From Gemmataceae bacterium (GTDB lineage Bacteria; Planctomycetota; Planctomycetia; Gemmatales; Gemmataceae), in the NCBI GenBank assembly GCA_035258765.1, contig DATFWZ010000733.1, forward strand, positions 1 to 47,336: a stretch of DNA of 47,336 nt, in the 5' to 3' direction. The translations under genes were made by a program, and so were the position numbers. A model generated the notes under the pieces. It was not told where the DNA came from and did no database searches. It saw only the letters and a list, made by a program, of their open reading frames with translations. Below, one piece after another: positions 40,201-44,904 of this stretch; within the stretch, counting starts at the first letter, position 1, and each line of letters starts with the position of its first letter.

Positions 40201-43200
40201 CGGCACGACGGTGACCATCACGACCTCGACGGCGCACAACTTCACCGTCGGCGAGCAGGTCACGATCAGCGGCGTGTCGGTGTCCGGGTACAACGGCACG
40301 TTCGCGATCACCGGGGTGACGGCCACGACCTTCACCTACACCGCCGCCGCCGGCCTGGCCAGCGGCACCGGGGGGACCGCGGCGGCTGCCAGCCCGGCCG
40401 CCGGCGGCCCCGACCCGAAGCTGTATTTCCTCGACGTGTCCGCAACGCCCGGTTCCACGGTCACCGTGCCGGTCTTCCTGGACATCAACGACCCGGCCGG
40501 GCTCACTTACAACTCGGACGACATCGGGATCATCTTCGACCCGACGAAGTTCTCCGTGTCCAACGTCCGCAGCGGTAACTACTCCAGCACCCTGATGCCG
40601 GCGTCCAGCATCAGCACGGCCTCGAACGTCGATAACGTGGCCGGCACGATCCGGATCGGCCAGTTCTACAATCTGGCCACCGCCCCGTTCCTCCCGAACG
40701 GGACGAGCGGGCAGATTGTCCTGATGGACGTCACAGTCCTCGCCGGGGTTACGGCGGGGACGAACACGCCGCTGAATTTGGCCGCAAACGTCTCCGCCAC
40801 CGTCACCGAGGTCAACGGCGGGGCGGCAACGCTTAATCCGGCCCCGACCAACGCCTCGAACGACGCGGTAGACGCCACGTTCCACGTCGTCGCCCCATCC
40901 GCCACCCTGTCCTTCCCGAACGCCAGCAGCAGCGGCGGGTCGACGATCACGGTCCCGGTCAACCTGACGTCTGGGCCGGGCGGGTTCACCTACAACTCCG
41001 ACGACCTGGGCGTCACGTTCGACCCGACCAAGCTCCAGGTGCAAAGCGTCAGCAGCGGCGACTACCCCGGCATCGGGTCGACTAACATCAGCACTGCGTT
41101 TAACATCAACAACACCGCTGGCACGATCCGGATCGGCCAGTTCTTCAACCAGGCCACCGCCCCGTTCCTGCCCGCCGGAACGACTGGGCCCATCGCCAAC
41201 ATCACGTTCATGGTCCTGTCCTCGGCCCCGGCCGGGCCGACGTTCCTGGACCTGGCCCAGAACGTCTCCTTGACCTTCACCGACGTCAACGGCGGGGCGA
41301 TCGTTCTCAACCCGGCGCCGACAAACGCCACCAACGATCCGGGGGTGGACGGCGTCTTTACCGTCACCGTCCAGCCGAATCAGCCGCCGTTCGACTCGGT
41401 GCCCGCAGCCTCGGCGATCCCCAAGACGCTATTCAACCCGCAGGCCATCACCGGGCTGACCGACCCGACCCCGAACGTGCTGACGCTCTCGGGCAGTAAT
41501 GCGATCGTGGTGTCCGACCCGGACGCCGGGACTGCGAACGTGACGACCACCGTCAGCCTGACCGGGAGCCCGGTCCTCGGATCGACCGGCCCGGTCGGGA
41601 TCCTGACCCTGGCCAGCACCACTGGTTTGACGGTCAGCGGGAACAACACGGCGTCAGTCACGCTGACCGGCAAGATCACCGACATCAACACGGCCCTGAA
41701 TGGGCTGAAGTACACGCCGGGCGCCGGGTTCTTCGGCACCGCGACCCTGACCGTCTCGACCAACGACAACGGCAACAGCGGCTTCGGCGGGCCGATGACC
41801 GATACCCGGTCCACGAGCATGACCGTGGTGGGGCTGTTCTTGAGCGAGATCGACCTGAACTCGAACAGCACCCTGAGCGCGCCGAGCGCGAACCAGTACC
41901 TGGAAATACTCTCGTCGGTGCCGAACTACACCATCCCGAGCGGGGTGTTCGTGGTCGGGATCGAGGGGAACAATTCGCAAGTCGCGGACGCGTTTGGCAA
42001 TAGCACAACCAACAACCCCGGGGCGGTGCAAGACGTTTTCAACCTGACCGGGTTCACCACCGGATCGAACGGCTACCTGGCGCTGCTGGAGAAGGGCCAG
42101 GCGTACTCCTCCGCCGCGGGGGTCGTCAACTCGGCCGGGAATGTCGTGACCAACAGCGGCACTCAGTCGGGCTTCGGGAACGGCGGCGGGTCGAGTGTAT
42201 TCGGGTCGCTGACCGGGGTTCACACCGGTAAGGACCAGAACGCAGTGGGAGTCCGTCTGGGGACCAACCCGGACCTGCCGGGCGACGGGGCGACCGCCGC
42301 CGGGGAACTCTCCTGGGATATGGAACAGGGCTCGGCCAGCTACCTGCTGATCCAGGCCCCGAGCGCCCCGGTGGTGCAGACCTCCACCACCACGGCGACA
42401 GACATCGACGGCAACAACGATGGCGTCCCCGACGGCACGGCCTACGCCTCTTGGAACGTGATCGACGGCGTCGGCGTTCTGGCCGCCCCGCTCTCCCCGA
42501 CGCTCGGAGGGACGTACACCCAGCTCGGGAACGACTTCACCTACGCCCCGCTGACATTCAAGGACAGCACGAACACCGGCGCCGTGCTGACCGGCTCGAA
42601 CCTGGTGACCGTGCCATTCACGGCGAGCTACCTCGGACGGATCAGCCAGTTCACCGGGTCGTCGTCGGCCGACTGGTTGGCCAGCGTCCCGACGGGCTCG
42701 GCCGGCCTGTTCACGCTGGGGGCTGGGACCGCGACCTCGAACACGAACTACTCCGGCCAGAGGCTCAACCACATCGGCGGCCCGAACTTCTGGGCCGACC
42801 AGATGAAGGTGGTGGTGAACGACGGGACAAACGCCCAGCACGCACAGGTCGGCGAGTTGACCCTGACCTTCGCGGCGCCCGTCACCCTGGCCGGGACCCC
42901 GGACCGGTTCCAGATCACCTCCGCGGTAGATAACGGTGCCACGCTCAATACCGCGACGGTCACCACCTCGGCCGCCCACGACTTCCAGGTCGGCCAGACG
43001 ATTAACATCATCGGGGTGACGGGGACCGGTTGGAACGGTAACAAGGTGATCACCGCCCTGACCTCCACCACGATCACGTTCGCCCGGGGATTAATCACCG
43101 CGAACGGGACCACCGGCGCCTCTTCGTTCGCCCAGGCCACCGGGTCGCTGAACACCAGCTTCCGGAACATTTTCCAAGTGCTCTCGACGGCGAGCATCAG

Positions 43201-43876
43201 CACGCTGAGCGAAGCGGGGACGACGGTGACCGTCACAACCACGGCCCCGCACAACTTCTCGACCGGCGAGCAGGTGACGGTCAGCGGGGCCAGCGTCTCG
43301 GGGTACAACGGGACCTTCACCATTACCGGGGTGACGGCCAACACGTTCACCTACACGGCCGCCAGCTCGGGGCTGGCCCCAGGCACCGGTGGCACGGCAG
43401 GCGTCCCGGTGAACCTCACGTTCACCATCCCGACCGGCGGGGGGACGTATATCAGCGCCACCGGGGTGGCAAACAACGTCACCGTGCTGGTGGTTCGGTT
43501 CCTGGCCACTGACAATCTGACGGTCAACTTCACGAACGCCGATCCGGGCGGGAACAAGGTGGGCCTGGCCGACGGCAACTACTTCCTGAAGACAGACGCC
43601 ACCAAGGTGACCGACTCCCAGGGCAAGCAGCTCGACGGCGACCGGGACGGGAACTTCGGCGGGAATGGAAACGACGAGTTCTGGCGGCTGTACGGGGACT
43701 TCGACGGCAATCGCCGGGTGGACGGGTCCGACAACCGGATCTTCAACTCGACGTTCAACACTGGTACCGGCAACGCGGCCTATTTGTGGTACGCCGACTT
43801 CGACCTGAGCGGGCTGATCGACACGACCGACCGGACCCAGTTCCGGAATCGGCTGTTCACGATCCTGAATCCGTGA
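28217..43876 (+). CDS. Giant (5,219 aa) modular cell-surface/extracellular protein: propeller-like supermodules, ~70-aa beta-domain repeats, Ig-like arrays, cohesin-like and dockerin modules, lamin-tail-like domain
   Basis: A single uninterrupted ORF. The ATG is preceded by GGAGAG at 5 nt. Composition is strongly biased to T/G/A/S/N/V. Recognisable modules are listed as separate features below. Confidence 0.9.
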   Translation: MARKTSTKRLDRTINRRKRATRDRFAARRPRLRFDNLEAREMPAAFSPGNLIVLQAGDNNQYATQAPLYLNELTPGGSSVQQAAINNTNAVGGTGNQPITIDLTAAAGNGQLNRTYDGAGLVFGGVDSGVNNGGYTPPQSPTGNANRVIAVVGNDPAAATFVNTTTYGPFYVGDDNRGGVAEGLTGPVWAFGHPNQAGGAVSQGVLYFPGPNGDGSLQPPGTAGITSQSGVQVSGQTNIRGGFIGFDNRVYWTTAGSTSLGLAGVYTSTVKALPTDNSPGNDQPIVKALFAASKVGGMYLADVNGDGVLDNGDRIYLNDDGTVGGAGTGGLYMAVFDTTRWGTPVTGQAAGWSPMVRIAEGVIDAQPTPQNTAQLRGLAGTVLANSSVQLYASEFDNVAGNNSYVLGWNDATGGVFRVQSASISGTTATITLSEAVPAAIRGTTTWLSVNSVGSGSGTFPTAGGYNGVWNATVSADGLSFTYTNTNPGLTNLSGSAIGNGTVGQWLNTGAVGGVLDPQPVPAASQIIQTLADGTLAANPAKAQKALRGVAFAPVAATTLSSLAVDGLTSETVPPNTSVTFSVHVANPQAGVTLTGLKVTFVDVTTNTALGQGTINASGDASLAIPVVGQHIVKAYFAGGGAQALAPVTTASTVTVNASGATASSTSLAVTIGGAATTQAAIGRAVTLTATVTSGATGTVSFRNGTTLLGSATISAGSAVLTTSFSVAGPASITATYNGDATFATSSSGAASLTIGNNATAAITTSANNVAVGATPTYTATLTGPLGTVAGTVQFLLDGVNLGSAQTLNGSGSASVTSTALTAGSHVVTIKFTPAATSPYNAFNVDTVTAANGVALIETARQALTPGNLLAVQRGDGTTNLGSSGYLVFLDEYRPDGTLVQRIALPNADSGTTHALLLSGQNGAEGLLQQSGNGQYVTIVGYDVPVGQQFVTSTQPYQFGRTIARIDAAGNVDTSTSITTSQTAITAATWAGGVATITAANTLKVGDPVTVSGVTPAGFNGTFTVSAATASSFTYALATNPGGAGTAFGTATGPSVPFNPEDVVTNDGTGFWIASSTGTGDTVDSGILFAPLGASTAKQVGPINHGAASIAIYGTGASAQLAVVNRGAGELGVPQGLATVGTGLPQTGLGVQAITTLVNDGTGTVTVTLGAAPNFTAGNQVVISGASVAAYNAAWQVTGVSGNTFTFSGAPAGAGSGTGGTATANQLLANFPNLETEYEAVFPTGRQPEQFVFLNTNDGSTNNPNLAYLADQAYGLLKFWKANDGNWHLGQLGSHAFGQKLVFAGGATGVIATIVNPGTPQAKVNIFVTGSNVQQANPNQIAVFQDQNGAPAGTSGTGVDQGFSSGNFNTLAFVGGTPGLGTPASPNGNMNFAGLSFVPGFVSGNLVVDRVGTGTGTLSSSATAGFLDQYDPTQPNQTATKGSVALPTGGDVSTITGATWSNGVTTITGFNDYKVGQQVTVSGVTPSLYNGTFIVSGLTGTTTSTITGATWASGQATFTANNSYVVGQTVTVTGVNPGGYNGAWTVTSATATTFTVAMPNNPGTFVSAPANDAVGSATGFTYTLPLTAVATASRATDAVNITAATWANTNGGTVTITAANTFTVGQTVIISGITPTGYNGTFVIASANATSFTYLLPTNPGTATVTGAKATPASPVTNLADGATSTAITAASTASQTANIASVSKAAVAVNITAASWSAGKVTITAANSFVVGQAVTIAGITPAGFNGTFTIATATSSSFTYNLAADPGTPVTFASTATATGFTATITTAASHSFIVGQSLTIAGITPAGYNGTYTIASVPSATTFTYNLLGGDPGAGTSTGTAAGLFATISASTGVNTALVGQSVIVANVNGSINGNYNGTVKITAATATTLTYAVPTDPGTADLTAGPTVTFNTATVTAANSYAAGNSVAVAGVTGATTFNGAFPVVSASPTSFTYYLPSNPIAGTKFGAANVLGAVTESGSATGEGYLSNSADGHSLVVAGYNQTPGGSTSANNTSVGVVNPAGVIDVTTQMPSQGGSVRAVASADGLGMWVATNTGIRYVPFGNTPAQTAISAASWSPTGGGTVTISAANNFVVGQLVAITGVTPSGYNGAVTILSRTATSFTYALATNPGTATNLSSAFVQPLPTLITNEIASAQGQAPTVVEIGASNPSALGAVPGQLVGTAGAQFQNNGVPSVDGPFYIGSGLGQSAGQAVSILGTGTDPNWPAVRDIFNNFPSTNQIAISPSGNTIVVADSRTDSKGGILVYFQALQNSWVRLANLQQDNFAITAASEPVTTANISAVSFNSATISAANWINGTVTITTSAAHGFAVGQKVIINGFTNAGYNGQFTIASVPSSTTFTYAVAANPGTPSFTSPTATLANVTVTTSAAHNFVAGQNVTIAGVSPAAYVGTFAIASVPDSTHFTYVLTATTNPGSPTLTSATATVNSSATITTSSPVNFTVGQTVSISGVDLPAYNTNSAVITSVAPSGLSFTYNPGFSNLASSGPGVFGAFANGLDGGFRAITADWSNPTHPVLYATTTASSGNRLFRIPMTLDETTGTASLGTPVLLATAPANTAFRGVAFAPTNPGTTASTTSLSVSGSPGTYGAGVNLTATVTTGATGWVSFRTTGGVEIGAAPLSGNTATLFTTANLPPGVYTNGIVAVYTGDNTFAPSTSAAQSATINKADTSVGLALTPPTVGTGQTETLAATVTPTSSGAPTGTVTFTDTTTSTVLGTAPVTQVIVNQGGFPVITFQAVLATTFAVTGSHSISVAYSGDSNFNSSTGTNTLQVVQSTTTTVTSDNANPGNNNQTLNLTAKVTASSGTPAGSVQFYDGSVPIGSPVTLNVSGVATLAVKTAAVQSVTIKSISQSTSAGTTTVTVTTNTTNPFTVSQSVTIEGVATGASPGNPVQGGYTGGYNGTFTVASVSGNQFTLVNNAAAGLPTDTVGGMAIGRGVLTPGMHSLSAIYNPGANAFGSSNGIHQQSVQTIAFGANDQFIERLGDGLTALNTQPPLTFNGSVGATNFIDEFTAAGVLVQSIALPSADSQSFAIASISGDGTTVTVTTSAANDLATGQKVTIAGVSGGTGTFNGDFTITVTSSTTFTYLASGNGTGTATGATAQGVVHAVVGHGQQSTTGQVTLSGDGAYLFVTGYDQNPNPASPGYGALASVSANTTPRSIARIRFDGLIETEAFTAGSTGIATTGNFNAIYSPDGSRFYVGNAGTGSIYYFSSFNTSATPQGSNSLISAGGNLLSTPGYSVIGLESYGGNLFVIGGGSGAGTNFRVAQVGTGFPTTNTGLSVTQLPGIPTDTTTLAQPIFFPVDAYFTHLNGAGTALDTIYVSDNGRNFGQGSITKWSLVAGNWVESTVSLPYSNTTEQLGFYYLSGATSGNTVTLYTNYGNGGNADFGPGFLYSMTDASGYNVNPGIPISAASWLAGTVTITANNNYAAGQFVTITGVANAAYNGRFVITSANATSFTYALASDPGASGSVTGAKALSINTVSKVAPGPVGGPWYGNETFRGVAAAAKAIATTSTLTLNGISPTTAGLSIEIGYNPTVTAQVTPAGGPVSNLSGLTVQILDTSNGNAVVGTGTLDATGKATITLTTGTGAGQLNTGSHNLVVSFAAASTFAGSQSAPQNQVIDAVFKVDTLVQTATGYVATFNALVNPANLNINAATAPSAKLVTGSTPVGGSVVFDSVPTQATFVGTGTFVTGVPLAKTLTGGASYTATVAGTGTNAFFDTLGHVLGSSTSTGGSDFINTFTSSNSTTAAIVSAPFLARGFHQAVNLPANTSSGLPISISIPAGGSAVTSASFDVFFNTADLTVTGGSITAAGFTGTVTVVTPGQVHITLSGGSLAAGTTTTVASLTASVPDTAPYKNKEILDVRNISINGGTNNGLDGSAVHVAAFVGDTDGSKSYTAQDAFNVNQVAVGTAPGFSAYQLLSPIIIGDTNTDGAVNAQDAFNANQVAVGNTSAGIPALPTFNITTATEAGTTVTITTSTAHNFTVGEQVTISGVSVSGYNGTFAITGVTATTFTYTAAAGLASGTGGTAAAASPAAGGPDPKLYFLDVSATPGSTVTVPVFLDINDPAGLTYNSDDIGIIFDPTKFSVSNVRSGNYSSTLMPASSISTASNVDNVAGTIRIGQFYNLATAPFLPNGTSGQIVLMDVTVLAGVTAGTNTPLNLAANVSATVTEVNGGAATLNPAPTNASNDAVDATFHVVAPSATLSFPNASSSGGSTITVPVNLTSGPGGFTYNSDDLGVTFDPTKLQVQSVSSGDYPGIGSTNISTAFNINNTAGTIRIGQFFNQATAPFLPAGTTGPIANITFMVLSSAPAGPTFLDLAQNVSLTFTDVNGGAIVLNPAPTNATNDPGVDGVFTVTVQPNQPPFDSVPAASAIPKTLFNPQAITGLTDPTPNVLTLSGSNAIVVSDPDAGTANVTTTVSLTGSPVLGSTGPVGILTLASTTGLTVSGNNTASVTLTGKITDINTALNGLKYTPGAGFFGTATLTVSTNDNGNSGFGGPMTDTRSTSMTVVGLFLSEIDLNSNSTLSAPSANQYLEILSSVPNYTIPSGVFVVGIEGNNSQVADAFGNSTTNNPGAVQDVFNLTGFTTGSNGYLALLEKGQAYSSAAGVVNSAGNVVTNSGTQSGFGNGGGSSVFGSLTGVHTGKDQNAVGVRLGTNPDLPGDGATAAGELSWDMEQGSASYLLIQAPSAPVVQTSTTTATDIDGNNDGVPDGTAYASWNVIDGVGVLAAPLSPTLGGTYTQLGNDFTYAPLTFKDSTNTGAVLTGSNLVTVPFTASYLGRISQFTGSSSADWLASVPTGSAGLFTLGAGTATSNTNYSGQRLNHIGGPNFWADQMKVVVNDGTNAQHAQVGELTLTFAAPVTLAGTPDRFQITSAVDNGATLNTATVTTSAAHDFQVGQTINIIGVTGTGWNGNKVITALTSTTITFARGLITANGTTGASSFAQATGSLNTSFRNIFQVLSTASISTLSEAGTTVTVTTTAPHNFSTGEQVTVSGASVSGYNGTFTITGVTANTFTYTAASSGLAPGTGGTAGVPVNLTFTIPTGGGTYISATGVANNVTVLVVRFLATDNLTVNFTNADPGGNKVGLADGNYFLKTDATKVTDSQGKQLDGDRDGNFGGNGNDEFWRLYGDFDGNRRVDGSDNRIFNSTFNTGTGNAAYLWYADFDLSGLIDTTDRTQFRNRLFTILNP
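29881..30780 (+). other. Array of about three bacterial Ig-like (group-3-like) domains inside the giant protein
   Basis: Contains units such as TSLAVTIGGAATTQAAIGRAVTLTATVTSGATGTVSFRNGTTLLGSATISAGSAVLTTSFSVAGPASITATYNGDATFATSSS. This is the classic x-LTATV-x-GTVxF-x-G-x-A-x-L-x-G-x-ITAxYxGD pattern. Boundaries are approximate. Confidence 0.6.
32576..34140 (+). repeat. Tandem array of seven ~70-aa coding repeats (consensus I-T-[AG]-A-[TS]-W-x-G-x-V-T-I-T-x(4-6)-F-x-V-G-Q-x-V-T-I-x-G-[VI]-x-P-x-G-[YF]-N-G-T-[FW]-x-[IV]-x-S-x(4-5)-F-T-Y-x(4-5)-P-G)
   Basis: Read directly from the translation. Example: ITAASWSAGKVTITAANSFVVGQAVTIAGITPAGFNGTFTIATATSSSFTYNLAADPGTP. Further dispersed copies start near 29483, 31166, 31673, 34436, 36821, 37379, 38513, 40181, 42914 and 43196. 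Confidence 0.75.
35150..35745 (+). repeat. Second tandem array (three copies) of the same ~70-aa repeat
   Basis: Contains ISAANWINGTVTITTSAAHGFAVGQKVIINGFTNAGYNGQFTIASVPSSTTFTYAVAANPG, then ..NFVAGQNVTIAGVSPAAYVGTFAIASVPDSTHFTYVL.., then ..NFTVGQTVSISGVDLPAYNTNSAVITSVAPSGLSFTYNPG. Confidence 0.7.
35995..36825 (+). other. Second array of about three Ig-like domains
   Basis: Contains TSLSVSGSPGTYGAGVNLTATVTTGATGWVSFRTTGG..., LAATVTPTSSGAPTGTVTFTDTTT...SISVAYSGDSNFNSS and LNLTAKVTASSGTPAGSVQFYDGS... Boundaries are approximate. Confidence 0.6.
39535..41370 (+). other. Cohesin-like 1, internal two-segment dockerin (39950-40145), one ~70-aa repeat, cohesin-like 2, cohesin-like 3
   Basis: Dockerin Ca-loops are DTDGSKSYTAQD plus helix AFNVNQVAVG, and DTNTDGAVNAQD plus helix AFNANQVAVG. 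Cohesin-like units are LYFLDVSATPGSTVTVPVFLDINDPAGLTYNSDDIGIIFDPTKFSV...GTIRIGQF...IVLMDVTVLAGVTAGT and its paralog TLSFPNASSSGGSTITVPVNLTSGPGGFTYNSDDLGVTFDPTKLQV...GTIRIGQF...IANITFMVLSSAPAG. Confidence 0.6.
41826..42360 (+). other. Lamin-tail-like (LTD) domain candidate
   Basis: The segment LFLSEIDLNSNSTLSAPSANQYLEILSSVPNYTIPSGVFVVGIEGNN...SNGYLALLEKG resembles the ISEI...EFIEL...L opening and closing strands of LTD domains. The end is poorly defined. Confidence 0.4.
43691..43873 (+). other. C-terminal type-I-like dockerin of the giant protein
   Basis: There are two EF-hand-like loops, each followed by a helix: DFDGNRRVDGSD-NRIFNSTF and DFDLSGLIDTTD-RTQFRNRL. They fit the D-x-[DN]-x-[DNS]-x(3)-D-x-x-D spacing of dockerin repeats. 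Confidence 0.7.
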
Positions 43877-43894
43877 TGAACGGATCGACCTGTC

Positions 43895-43922
43895 GCCCGG
43901 TGCCGGTGCACCGGCACCGGGC
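43895..43922 (+). terminator. Perfect 28-nt GC-rich palindrome 19 nt after the giant-gene stop (possible terminator or RNA-stabilising hairpin)
   Basis: GCCCGGTGCCGGTGCACCGGCACCGGGC is its own reverse complement. It would form a 12-bp stem with a 4-nt loop. No U-tract follows, so the terminator function is uncertain. Confidence 0.35.
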
Positions 43923-44009
43923 CCTGGAGTCGCAAGCGTTTGGAGTGAACTTCACCCGCCCGAACTTGATTGAGACCACCGCGGCTTCGACTATCCAAGG
44001 ACGACATCC

Positions 44010-44660
44010 ATGCGAACTCGTTTGCTGATCGTGCTGGCCGGTCTGATCTGGGTGTTAGCCGGCGGCCGAGCCGAGGCGGGCTACCAGTTCCAGTTCACGA
44101 ACTCGGCGGGGGTTGCGACCAACGCCTTCGTGATCGACCAGGGTTCGACGATCGACATCCGCGTCTACCTGGTGCAGACCAGTCCGGACACCGGACTGAG
44201 CGGCAGCGGCCTGGACGCCGCGGGGACCAGGTTGACGTTCAACCAGACGATCGCCAACGTGGCGAGCACCGGCGCGATCACGGCAAACCCCGCGTTTGAC
44301 TTCGCAACGAAAAGTACGGGCACCGGGTCGGCGTCATTGAACCTGACGCAGGACAGTGGCTCGGCCCCGGTGACCGCTCCGACCAGTGGAGCCGACGCGA
44401 ACCGGATCCTGATCGGGACGTTCACCTTCACAGGAGTGAACGCCGGTACCACCACTGTATTGACGTCCGACCCGCACCTCCTGAGCGACGATAACGTCTT
44501 GCACAACGGTTCGGTCCTCGATTCGATGATCGCCAACTCGAGTGCGGCCATTACCGTGAACGCCATCCCCGAACCGGGCACCCTGGTGCTAACCGGGCTG
44601 TTCGCCGCCGGCTTGGCCGCGGCAAGTATCCGCCGGCTTCGTCGTCCAGCCGTCGGCTAA
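44010..44660 (+). CDS. PEP-CTERM sorting-domain protein with a cohesin-like beta-rich body
   Basis: The ATG is preceded by AAGGA. Signal peptide: MRTRLLIVLAGLIWVLAGGRAEA. C-terminus: IPEPGTLVLTGLFAAGLAAASIRRLRRP, that is a PEP motif, a TM helix and a basic cluster. Confidence 0.85.
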   Translation: MRTRLLIVLAGLIWVLAGGRAEAGYQFQFTNSAGVATNAFVIDQGSTIDIRVYLVQTSPDTGLSGSGLDAAGTRLTFNQTIANVASTGAITANPAFDFATKSTGTGSASLNLTQDSGSAPVTAPTSGADANRILIGTFTFTGVNAGTTTVLTSDPHLLSDDNVLHNGSVLDSMIANSSAAITVNAIPEPGTLVLTGLFAAGLAAASIRRLRRPAVG

Positions 44661-44680
44661 ATCGTGCGATCCCTGTTGCC

Positions 44681-44724
44681 CCCCTGCCGATTGGTCCGAC
44701 CCCCGGCAGGGGGTCATCCGTTTT
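44681..44724 (+). terminator. Rho-independent-like terminator after the PEP-CTERM gene
   Basis: A 10-bp stem forms between CCCCCTGCCG (44681-44690) and CGGCAGGGGG (44704-44713) with a 13-nt loop. TCATCCGTTTT follows. Confidence 0.5.
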
Positions 44725-44771
44725 CATGTGGGCGTCCGGCTCAGTCCCGTTTTATCAACGGTGCAACGCGA

Positions 44772-44798
44772 TTCACGCGACCTTCACGCGATATTCAC
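44772..44798 (+). promoter_or_regulatory. Helically phased direct repeats (TTCACGCGA x2 plus TTCAC, 11-bp period) upstream of the first DUF1559 gene
   Basis: TTCACGCGA occurs at 44772-44780 and 44783-44791, and TTCAC at 44794-44798. A locally AT-rich stretch (44795-44850) follows, 55-110 nt before the ATG at 44905. Confidence 0.3.
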
Positions 44799-44904
44799 TT
44801 GATTGGGAGGTGAATTGTTAATTAGAGCTACTGGGTTGCGGCAATATACGCGGTCCCGCCGGCATCATGCCGCCCGGCGGGTACTTCATTCCCGGGGTCG
44901 ACCC

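Noticed and set aside
28865-42979. Series of 300-600-aa minus-strand ORFs inside the giant gene (28865..29770, 30215..31528, 33767..34786, 36371..38212, 38234..39577, 39659..41044, 41654..42979)
   Set aside because: All are Arg/Gly/Asp/Pro-rich antisense shadows of a 15.66 kb uninterrupted plus-strand ORF with coherent domain structure. None has a start context or domain signature.
28217-43876. Possibility that the regular repeats in the giant gene are a CRISPR array or non-coding satellite
   Set aside because: The repeats are ~200 nt long, diverged at the DNA level, in frame and conserved at the protein level. They have no short identical direct repeats with unique spacers.
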